A stretch of 16,887 nucleotides of DNA from assembly GCA_037442925.1 (NCBI GenBank), contig JBBIPG010000051.1, positions 1-16,887 on the forward strand, written 5' to 3'. The stretch is from Candidatus Fraserbacteria bacterium (GTDB lineage Bacteria; Bipolaricaulota; Bipolaricaulia; RBG-16-55-9). This document shows, in pieces, positions 7,894 to 14,824 of this stretch; positions within the stretch are counted from its first letter, which is position 1, and each line of letters begins with the position of its first letter. Position numbers and translations under genes: made by a program. The notes under the pieces were generated by a model. It ran no database searches. It saw nothing but the letters and a program-made list of their open reading frames with translations, and was not told the DNA's origin.

Positions 7894-8407
7894 GCGGGTT
7901 TTTATCGGGTTGGGGTCGAACCTCGGTGACCGTGAGTGCTCCATCGAAAGAGCGATCACGCTCCTCAAGGAAACACCGGGCATCGAGCTGATTCGCCGGG
8001 CCTCGCTCTACGAGACGGAGCCGGTAGGCTATGAGGATCAACCCTGGTTTCTCAATACAGTCATCGAGATTCGGACGAAGCTTTCTCCTCAGGAGCTACT
8101 GGCACGCTTACAGGACGTTGAACGGCGTCTAGGGCGAAAGACCCGGCAGCGTTGGGGGCCACGAGAGATTGACCTGGATCTTTTGCTCTATGGAGAACGG
8201 GTGATGGATGAGCCCCATTTGCAGATTCCCCATGCCCAGTTGCACCAGCGCCGTTTCATGTTGGTCCCTCTGTCAGAGATCGCGCCGGATGCCGTTCATC
8301 CTCTTTGTAAGAAGACGATCCTTCAGCTCCTCGAAGCGCTCCATGACCAGAAAGGAGTGGTACCATTAAGAGGAAGTCTAAAGAGCGAAGGCATAAAGAG
8401 ATTCTGA
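7886..8407 (+). CDS. folK: 2-amino-4-hydroxy-6-hydroxymethyldihydropteridine diphosphokinase
   Basis: FIGLGSNLGDR, SLYETEP, QPWFLN, RWGPREIDLDLL, IPH, R.F.LVPL.EIAP. Start likely GTG 7886 (SD GAGGGA); ATG 7877 is an alternative. Confidence 0.95.
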   Translation: MSERVFIGLGSNLGDRECSIERAITLLKETPGIELIRRASLYETEPVGYEDQPWFLNTVIEIRTKLSPQELLARLQDVERRLGRKTRQRWGPREIDLDLLLYGERVMDEPHLQIPHAQLHQRRFMLVPLSEIAPDAVHPLCKKTILQLLEALHDQKGVVPLRGSLKSEGIKRF

Positions 8408-9609
8408 TGGAAGCGCGCTCTCCCATAAAGCGAGTCGCGCTCCTGGAAGACGGCCGGTTGATGGAGATTCACTACGAAGACCCCAAGCGAATGCGCCTTG
8501 TGGGGAACATCTACAAGGGCGTAGTGAAAGACGTTTTGAGTGGGATCAGCGCGGCGTTCATCGATGTCGGAGAAGAGCAGAACCTCTTCTTATCAGCCAA
8601 GGAGCTGAACGAGTCGCTCTTAAGAAGCCGCGGCTATCGGCGGGGGAGCTCCTTTCCCATCGGCAAATTCCTACGAGGCGGCCAAGAATGGATCGTGCAG
8701 GTCAAGCGGGAGGGAATCGGGGAGAAGAACCCTCAGGGGACCACGAGGATCAGTCTGGCCGGCCGCTACTGGGTCTTCCTGCCTAAGGATGGGCGACTCG
8801 GTGTCTCTCGTCGCATCGAGGATGCCAAGGAGGCGCAGCGGTTGAAAGCCATTGCCCGTACGTTGAAGCGCAACGACGAAGGATTGATCGCGCGCACGGC
8901 GGCCGTCGCGGCAGAGGAAGAAGATCTGGAAAGGGATTTCAACTTCTTGCTGGGAACGTGGAAGGGCATTGAGGAAGAGGCGCAACGTGTCTCGGCTCCG
9001 AAGCTCCTCTACTCCGGCCCCGGCTTAGTGAAGAGCATCGTGCGAGATCGGCTCATGCCGGACGTGCGGCGTCTGACAGTCGATTCGGAGCAGACGTACC
9101 ATGAACTATTGGATTTCTTGCAGTACATGCGAATGGAGGAATATCTATCCTGCATCCAACTCTATCGGGATCCACGCCCCCTGTTTGAAGTCCGCGGAAT
9201 TGAAGATGAGCTTCGTCAGAGCCTTCAACCCAAGGTGCTCCTTCCGGGTGGTGGATCGCTCGTCATTGCTGAGACAGAAGCACTCACGGCCATCGATGTC
9301 AATACGGGGAGCGATACGCGGTATCGGCATCAAGAGCAAGCGATTCTCAACACCAACCTGGAAGCCGCCTTGGAGATCCCGCGACAGCTTAGGCTTCGTA
9401 AGATCAGCGGCATCATCGTGGTCGATTTCATTGACATGAAGCGCAAAGAAGATATTCACAAGGTGATCCGACGCCTGCAAGAAGAGTTGAAGAAGGATCG
9501 GGTCCCGGCGGACTTCATTGACATGACGGAACTGGGTCTGGTGGAGATCACTCGGAAACGAGAGGGAGAGAGCTTGGCGGGCATGCTGAGCGATGAAGAG
9601 GAATCTTGA
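8407..9609 (+). CDS. rng: Ribonuclease E/G family endoribonuclease (catalytic core only)
   Basis: VGNIYKG, AAFIDVG (S1 domain), VQV.RE..G.K, G.SRRI, GLI.RT, catalytic IDVNTG and IVVDFIDM, LGLVEITRKR. It lacks the Zn-link and small domain. The true start may be ATT 8365. Confidence 0.9.
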   Translation: MEARSPIKRVALLEDGRLMEIHYEDPKRMRLVGNIYKGVVKDVLSGISAAFIDVGEEQNLFLSAKELNESLLRSRGYRRGSSFPIGKFLRGGQEWIVQVKREGIGEKNPQGTTRISLAGRYWVFLPKDGRLGVSRRIEDAKEAQRLKAIARTLKRNDEGLIARTAAVAAEEEDLERDFNFLLGTWKGIEEEAQRVSAPKLLYSGPGLVKSIVRDRLMPDVRRLTVDSEQTYHELLDFLQYMRMEEYLSCIQLYRDPRPLFEVRGIEDELRQSLQPKVLLPGGGSLVIAETEALTAIDVNTGSDTRYRHQEQAILNTNLEAALEIPRQLRLRKISGIIVVDFIDMKRKEDIHKVIRRLQEELKKDRVPADFIDMTELGLVEITRKREGESLAGMLSDEEES

Positions 9610-9630
9610 ATTGCCCTGAACAATAAGGTG

Positions 9631-10791
9631 CTACGAGTGCGTGCGCCTGTAAATCTCTTGGAATTTGGCCCGAATCTCTTCTCCAACTTCGCTGCAGCGG
9701 GCGGCGCGCTCTTCACCCACCAAGTCATACGTCAACGTCCGTCCTTCGGCAATTACGGCCATCACAGCTAGCTCAACGCAATCGGCCAGCTCCAGTACAA
9801 GTGGATCGTTATGCCTTTCTCCCAGCCATTCCAGCATCATCTTCGCAGCCAGAATGGCAGCCATGGGGTTGACCTTGTCTTGGCCCGCGTGCTTGGGAGC
9901 GCTCCCGTGGATGGGCTCGAACATAGCGTGCTCATCTCCGATATTGCCTCCAGCTGCCAAGCCCAGCCCACCTTGCGTCGTTGCCGCGCTGTCGCTAATC
10001 ACATCCCCTACCAAGTTGGGCGCGACGACCACGTCATACCATTCGGGATGGCGAATCTGCCACTGGCAGAAGGCATCGAAATAGGCGTAATCGAGTTGAA
10101 TCTCAGGGAACTCACTTCGGCCGATGTCTGTGAAGATCTCACGGAAGTACTTGTGAGCCCCGATGACATTCGACTTGTCGACACACGTCACCTTCCCTTG
10201 TTTACTTCGTTTGCGCGCGAGACGGAAGGCGAACCGCACTACCTTCTCCGTGGCAGCTTTTGTAATCCTGATGGGAGTCACCCGGCCATGGTGGATCTCG
10301 TGGGTCTCGCCGGTGTAGGCATCCTCGGTGTTCTCGCGCACGACGATGTAATCGACGTGCTGCGGCTTCCAAACCACTTTAAACTCATTGGAAATGCGGA
10401 TCTTGACACCGGGATAGAGTTTGACGGGCCTCACGTTGGCGTAGAGATCCAGTTTCTGTCTGTTGCCGATGACTTGGGCATAGCCAGCGAGCTGCGGTGT
10501 GGGATAGGGTTTGCCCGGCTTTGTAAACACGGGCTTGCCCCCAACTTCGTGCCCCACGGCGCCCAGCAGAATAGCATCAGCAGCCTGGCACTTCTCGAAG
10601 GCGCCATCGGGCCATTCTTTCTCGTGCTTTAGATAATAATTGCCTCCACAGGGGATCTCTTCGAGCTCGAACGTGACGTGAGATAACTTGCTGGCAGTAC
10701 GCAAAAGCTGAGTGGCCTGGGCGATGACCTCCGGTCCGACGCCATCGCCAGGAAGCACGACGATCCTGTAGCGCTTCTCGATAGGGACCAT
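9631..10791 (-). CDS. Isocitrate/isopropylmalate/tartrate dehydrogenase family protein
   Basis: LPGDGVGPEV, LDLYANVRPV, VRENTE, VDKSNV, NLVGDVISD, FEPIHGSAP, NPMAAIL, TYDL. The substrate cannot be assigned. Confidence 0.9.
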   Translation of the reverse strand: MVPIEKRYRIVVLPGDGVGPEVIAQATQLLRTASKLSHVTFELEEIPCGGNYYLKHEKEWPDGAFEKCQAADAILLGAVGHEVGGKPVFTKPGKPYPTPQLAGYAQVIGNRQKLDLYANVRPVKLYPGVKIRISNEFKVVWKPQHVDYIVVRENTEDAYTGETHEIHHGRVTPIRITKAATEKVVRFAFRLARKRSKQGKVTCVDKSNVIGAHKYFREIFTDIGRSEFPEIQLDYAYFDAFCQWQIRHPEWYDVVVAPNLVGDVISDSAATTQGGLGLAAGGNIGDEHAMFEPIHGSAPKHAGQDKVNPMAAILAAKMMLEWLGERHNDPLVLELADCVELAVMAVIAEGRTLTYDLVGEERAARCSEVGEEIRAKFQEIYRRTHS

Positions 10792-10817
10792 AACTCCAGC
10801 TCTGGGCGTCGTCTGTT

Positions 10818-10847
10818 AGCGTAGTGCAATGAGTGAGGGGTTGTCAA
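10818..10847 (-). promoter_or_regulatory. Putative sigma70 promoter for the dehydrogenase
   Basis: Minus strand TTGACA (10847-10842), 18 nt, TACGCT (10823-10818). Confidence 0.5.
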
Positions 10848-10866
10848 TCGCGTCGGGCTCTGTGGC

Positions 10867-10896
10867 TTGCGTCAAAGTTAGTTCATCTGCTAGAAT
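10867..10896 (+). promoter_or_regulatory. Putative sigma70 promoter for tRNA-Val
   Basis: TTGCGT (10867-10872), 18 nt, extended -10 TGC-TAGAAT (10888-10896), about 45 nt upstream of the tRNA. Confidence 0.55.
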
Positions 10897-10941
10897 ATTT
10901 TAGCTTTCTGGGGAGGGTTCATACGAGAAAGCAGTTCCACT

Positions 10942-11016
10942 GGGCGAATAGCTCAGCGGCAGAGCGCCCCCCTCACACGGGGGAGGTCCGAGGTTCAAAT
11001 CCTCGTTCGCCCACCA
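10942..11016 (+). tRNA. tRNA-Val(CAC)
   Basis: Full cloverleaf: acceptor GGGCGAA/TTCGCCC, D arm GCTC/GAGC, anticodon stem CCCCC/GGGGG with loop CT-CAC-AC (anticodon 10974-10976), T arm CGAGG-TTCAAAT-CCTCG, discriminator A and encoded CCA. Confidence 0.97.
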
Positions 11017-11071
11017 CGACTCATCATGACACAGCCCGAACTTCCCAAGAACAGTCGATGTGACGTAAGCG

Positions 11072-12418
11072 CTACTCGTACCGCAGCGCCTCGATGGGAT
11101 TGACCCGCGCCGCCTGCCACGCGGGATAGAGTCCGCTGATGATCCCCACGAAGATGCCCGTCACGACTGCGATCATGTACCAGCCCCAGACAAAGACCAG
11201 GGGGATCGCTTGTTCCAGTTCAAACAACGCGACCGTCAAGCGATTGAAGAGATCGGCCAGTCCAATGCCAGCTGCGATCCCGAAGATCGCCCCGATCAGG
11301 CAGATGAAGATCGCCTCGGTCAAGAAGAGCTTGAGCACTCCACCCTGAGTCGCACCCGTCGCTTTCATGACGCCAATCTCGCGTGTACGCTCTTTGACGG
11401 TGATGAGCATGATGTTCATCACGCCGATCATGCCCACCAAAAGAGCCACCACCGCCACGGCCCCAATCCATGCCGTGAACTGAGCGAAATTCCTCTTGAT
11501 CTCGTCGACGATCTCCGTGAGGGTATTGACCTCGATCTTCTTCTCGTCCCCTAGAAGCTTGCGCGCGTCGGATTCGTAGCTATCAAAGTAGTCATTGAGG
11601 GATTGCGCCACAGCCTCGACTTGATCCGTGTCGACGGCACTCACAATGATTCCCGTATAGACGGGAAATTCCTGGCCATCGATCGTCTCGGTGAATCCCT
11701 GATAGTAGTCGCTCACGTAGGAGCTGGTGCTGCTGATGAACTCCGATTCCTTGACGATGCCCACAACTTGAAGCGTCTCACTGTGGACCTTCTTCTCCCG
11801 ATCCAGGTACTTGAGCTCCACGCTCTGTTCCAGGATCTTCCCCGCAATCTCCTTCGTTCGGCCCGGATGCTCACAGCGCTTCTTGATCTCTTCCTTCTGT
11901 TCCTGCGTGGGCTCGCCGATCTCACGAGCGAGCAATCGCTCACAGATCGTCCGAGCAACCTCAACACCTACGACGACTTCCCCTGAGCCCTGCACGAAGC
12001 GACCTGCGCCTGCTTCGACCGGAATGACTTCCTGGCTGGTCGTGATCCGCACGTTTCCCGGCAGCACGCGGCCACCATACTTCAAGGGGTTTCCATTGAC
12101 CGGTGCAAAGACATCTGCCGCTTTGACGCCCGGCATCTGGCGCACGCGCTCCACATCGCGGGCAGAGAAGACTCGGTCGCTGCCAAAGAGGCTTTGCTCG
12201 CCCTCACGGCTTGTCTCGACAGAGACGCTGATCATGTTGGCCCGCAAGAGATCCTTGGTAATCGTGTTGAGCAGCGCATCCTGAAAACCGGTGGTCATCG
12301 TCACCACAGCGATCACAGCGGCAATACCAATTGTGACACTCAACACGGCCAGAACATTTCTCAGCTTGTGGCTCCTGATGTTCGTCCAGCTCAATCGAAC
12401 CGATTCACGCAACTCCAC
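11072..12418 (-). CDS. ABC transporter permease, MacB/FtsX-like
   Basis: The start is re-placed at GTG 12418 (SD GGAGGT). Motifs HKLRNVLAVLSVTIGIAAVI, IGVMNIMLITVKERTREIGVMKA.GA, FLTEA and GLYPAWQAARVNPIEALRYE. Confidence 0.93.
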   Translation of the reverse strand: MELRESVRLSWTNIRSHKLRNVLAVLSVTIGIAAVIAVVTMTTGFQDALLNTITKDLLRANMISVSVETSREGEQSLFGSDRVFSARDVERVRQMPGVKAADVFAPVNGNPLKYGGRVLPGNVRITTSQEVIPVEAGAGRFVQGSGEVVVGVEVARTICERLLAREIGEPTQEQKEEIKKRCEHPGRTKEIAGKILEQSVELKYLDREKKVHSETLQVVGIVKESEFISSTSSYVSDYYQGFTETIDGQEFPVYTGIIVSAVDTDQVEAVAQSLNDYFDSYESDARKLLGDEKKIEVNTLTEIVDEIKRNFAQFTAWIGAVAVVALLVGMIGVMNIMLITVKERTREIGVMKATGATQGGVLKLFLTEAIFICLIGAIFGIAAGIGLADLFNRLTVALFELEQAIPLVFVWGWYMIAVVTGIFVGIISGLYPAWQAARVNPIEALRYE

Positions 12419-13133
12419 GCCGGGCCACCTCCCGTATTCCCTCGATCTTGCCATCCACCAGTTGAATGATGCGTTCGGCGTGCGAGGCCACGTTCGCATC
12501 GTGGGTGACCACGACAATCGTGTGTCCCTGCTCGTTCAGATCCTGAAAGAGCTCGAGAATAGACCTGCCTGTTCGGGTATCGAGGTTTCCAGTTGGTTCA
12601 TCCGCAAGGATGACTTTCGGGTTATTCGAAAGCGCTCTCGCGATGGCCACTCGCTGGCGCTCCCCGCCGGATAGCTCACTGGGCATGTGATGCACGCGGT
12701 GTCCCAACCCCACTTTCTCCAGCAGCTGAATCGCTTGCTGTCTCCTCTGCGATTTGGGTATGACTTTGACAAAGCTCATGGGCATCATCACGTTGGCCAG
12801 TGCGCTTACCCGCGGAATGAGATTGAACGTCTGGAAAACAAAGCCGATCATCTCACCGCGCAGGCGAGCGAGCTGGCGATCGCGCAGTTTAGCGATATCT
12901 GATCCATTGAGTACCAACCGCCCAGATGTAGGCTTGTCCAGGCAGCCGATGAGATTCATCATCGTGCTCTTACCGGAGCCGGAAGGGCCCATGATGGCCA
13001 GAAACTCCCCCTCGCGGATAGAAAAACTCACGCCGTCGAGGGCCTTCACATCCACCTGGCCCATGCGATAGACCTTAGTCAGATCCTCCGCTTGGACAAT
13101 GGCGCCGTTCATAGACTTGTTCATCGCAGCCAT
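12405..13133 (-). CDS. ABC transporter ATP-binding protein, LolD/MacB-like
   Basis: Walker A GPSGSGKST, Q-loop GFVFQ.FNL, signature LSGGERQRVAIARAL, Walker B ILADEPTGNLD, H-loop VTHD. Confidence 0.95.
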   Translation of the reverse strand: MAAMNKSMNGAIVQAEDLTKVYRMGQVDVKALDGVSFSIREGEFLAIMGPSGSGKSTMMNLIGCLDKPTSGRLVLNGSDIAKLRDRQLARLRGEMIGFVFQTFNLIPRVSALANVMMPMSFVKVIPKSQRRQQAIQLLEKVGLGHRVHHMPSELSGGERQRVAIARALSNNPKVILADEPTGNLDTRTGRSILELFQDLNEQGHTIVVVTHDANVASHAERIIQLVDGKIEGIREVARRGVA

Positions 13134-13135
13134 GC

Positions 13136-14203
13136 TCAGGAAGATCCCACGATCTCAAACCCGCTGGGGAAGAGGTCCTGTCGGTAGACGCTAAGAGCTG
13201 ATCCACTCAAGCGAACTTGGAGTTCCAAACTGCTGTTTCCTCGCTCAATCGTGAGAGTCACCGGCTCCTCAGGGTTCTTGAAACGAATGAGTTCGCGGAA
13301 CTGGAAGGGACTGACCACTTCCTGGCCATCGACATGGGTGATGATATCTCCCGCCTTTAGACCCGCTTGTTCCGCGAAGGAGCCCACGGCAACGGATTTG
13401 ACGAGAGCGCCAGCACCTGTTGGGGATCTTTCAAGCTGGACACCCGCGAGAGTGGCCGTGCTAGAGATGAAGCCGATGAACCGTCCGGCTTCTTGACAAG
13501 GGCTTTCCAACGACTGCGTAGCACAAGAGAGAAGTTCCGCTCGCGAGTCCTCTCCGCGCAGCTCCACTCGTCGCACCGAAATATCCTTAGCTGTTGCCTT
13601 ATCTCGTAGGGTCACGGGGTTCAATCGCTTGAGCCCAAGCTCCACGAGCGGTTCATTGATGTCTACGGGGTTGAAGGCCGTCAGTGTCACTTCCGGTGTC
13701 TCCTCGAAATTGATGCGCGAGTTGATGTACTTTTGCAACAGGAAGAACTGACTGGCGGCAATGCCCGTTGTGACCACGTTATCCTCCAAGATCACTTGGC
13801 GTTCCTGTCGCTCCGGCTGTTTCTCCGGCTCCTGAAACTCGAACTGAATCGTTGCGATGGAGTTCTCCACGTTCACTTGCACATGAAACTTTCCCTGTTC
13901 CGTCTCCGAGTCAAATAAGAACGAGATGAGTTCTAGATCTTGAGTCAGCACGACCTCTTGCGTGAAGAGCCTATCGGTCCCGAAATTCTGTATGAGATCA
14001 TCGGATGTAGCAATGAATCGAGATGTGAGCTTTAGATTCCCATCGTCCAGTTGAACGAAGGTGAATACTTCACTTCCCGCATCCTCTTGCAGTTGGAAGA
14101 AGAAGCTCCCACTGTCCAGCACCTGCTCGGAGTGCCCACTGAAAGACAGGACCATGGCCAGGGTCAGGACAAGGGCAAAGATGCTGACAAGTACTCTTCT
14201 CAT
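13136..14203 (-). CDS. Exported protein with a C-terminal PDZ domain
   Basis: ATG 14203 with SD GGAGGA and signal peptide MRRVLVSIFALVLTLAMV. PDZ motif AGVQL...GALVKSV..GSFAEQAGLKAGDIITHVDGQEV...VTLTIERG. The beta-rich N-terminal domain is unrecognised. Confidence 0.8.
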   Translation of the reverse strand: MRRVLVSIFALVLTLAMVLSFSGHSEQVLDSGSFFFQLQEDAGSEVFTFVQLDDGNLKLTSRFIATSDDLIQNFGTDRLFTQEVVLTQDLELISFLFDSETEQGKFHVQVNVENSIATIQFEFQEPEKQPERQERQVILEDNVVTTGIAASQFFLLQKYINSRINFEETPEVTLTAFNPVDINEPLVELGLKRLNPVTLRDKATAKDISVRRVELRGEDSRAELLSCATQSLESPCQEAGRFIGFISSTATLAGVQLERSPTGAGALVKSVAVGSFAEQAGLKAGDIITHVDGQEVVSPFQFRELIRFKNPEEPVTLTIERGNSSLELQVRLSGSALSVYRQDLFPSGFEIVGSS

Positions 14204-14245
14204 CGGGGGTCCTCCTGTATCTCTCGGTATCGACATGTCGGGATC

Positions 14246-14274
14246 ACTATATCAGAGAGCGAAGCGCTCGTCAA
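14246..14274 (-). promoter_or_regulatory. Sigma70 promoter for the PDZ-ABC operon
   Basis: Minus strand TTGACG (14274-14269), 17 nt, extended -10 TGA-TATAGT (TATAGT 14251-14246). Confidence 0.65.
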
Positions 14275-14288
14275 GTGTATGACAAGAA

Positions 14289-14318
14289 TTCACAAACGGT
14301 TCACGGGCTTGCTAGACT
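14289..14318 (+). promoter_or_regulatory. Putative divergent promoter for the PaaI thioesterase
   Basis: TTCACA (14289-14294), 18 nt, TAGACT (14313-14318) preceded by TG at 14310-14311. The ATG follows 9 nt later. Confidence 0.45.
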
Positions 14319-14327
14319 CGATTCACG

Positions 14328-14777
14328 ATGACCAAGCGTAGGGAGCTTCCGCGATATGAGGGCTGCTTTGTATGTGGAGATCCATCCAGTAACCCGAGTT
14401 CGTTGCAACTGCGTTGCTATCTGGAGGATGGTGAAGTCAAGGCCGACTTTGTGCCGCGGGTGGAGCACGCGGGCTACCCTGACATCGTTCACGGTGGGAT
14501 CTTGGTGAGCTTACTCGATGAAATCTCGATCTGGGCAGCGTCCATAGCGGCAGACTGCTTCTGCGTGACGCGGGAGTTCAAAGTGAAGTTTTTCAAGCCC
14601 GCGCGGCCCGGTGACAGACTCTCTCTTGCGGCTAAAGTCACGGAGCGCGGGCGCTTACTAGCGGTACAAGCTGTGATCAAGAACGCGCAAGGTGACGTGA
14701 TTGCCCGAAGCATCGGGACATTCTTCCCGGCTTTCAAAGAGGAGTGGGAGCAGCGCGTTAAACGAAACCTCACTTGA
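14328..14777 (+). CDS. PaaI family hotdog-fold thioesterase
   Basis: CFVCG..NP..L, H.GYP.IVHGGIL.SLLDE, VT....VKF.KPA.PG. Confidence 0.9.
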   Translation: MTKRRELPRYEGCFVCGDPSSNPSSLQLRCYLEDGEVKADFVPRVEHAGYPDIVHGGILVSLLDEISIWAASIAADCFCVTREFKVKFFKPARPGDRLSLAAKVTERGRLLAVQAVIKNAQGDVIARSIGTFFPAFKEEWEQRVKRNLT

Positions 14778-14824
14778 TCCATTGGTCTATCATGAGGCCA
14801 GCTTCGTCCACTTGACAGAAGCCC

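Noticed and set aside
9811..10632. Long antisense or alternate-frame ORFs (9811..10632 +, 3182..3814 -, 3280..3879 + and others)
   Set aside because: They lie wholly within well-supported genes, have no recognisable motifs, and are expected shadows in GC-rich coding DNA.
9631..10791. Annotation as leuB or icd
   Set aside because: The diagnostic substrate residues for both are missing and there is no leu operon context.
10833..11063. 76-aa ORF in the intergenic region
   Set aside because: It overlaps tRNA-Val and its promoter, so it is spurious.
10990..11071. tRNA-Val 3' end as an integration (att) site
   Set aside because: I saw no integrase and no second copy of the tRNA 3' end in the window.
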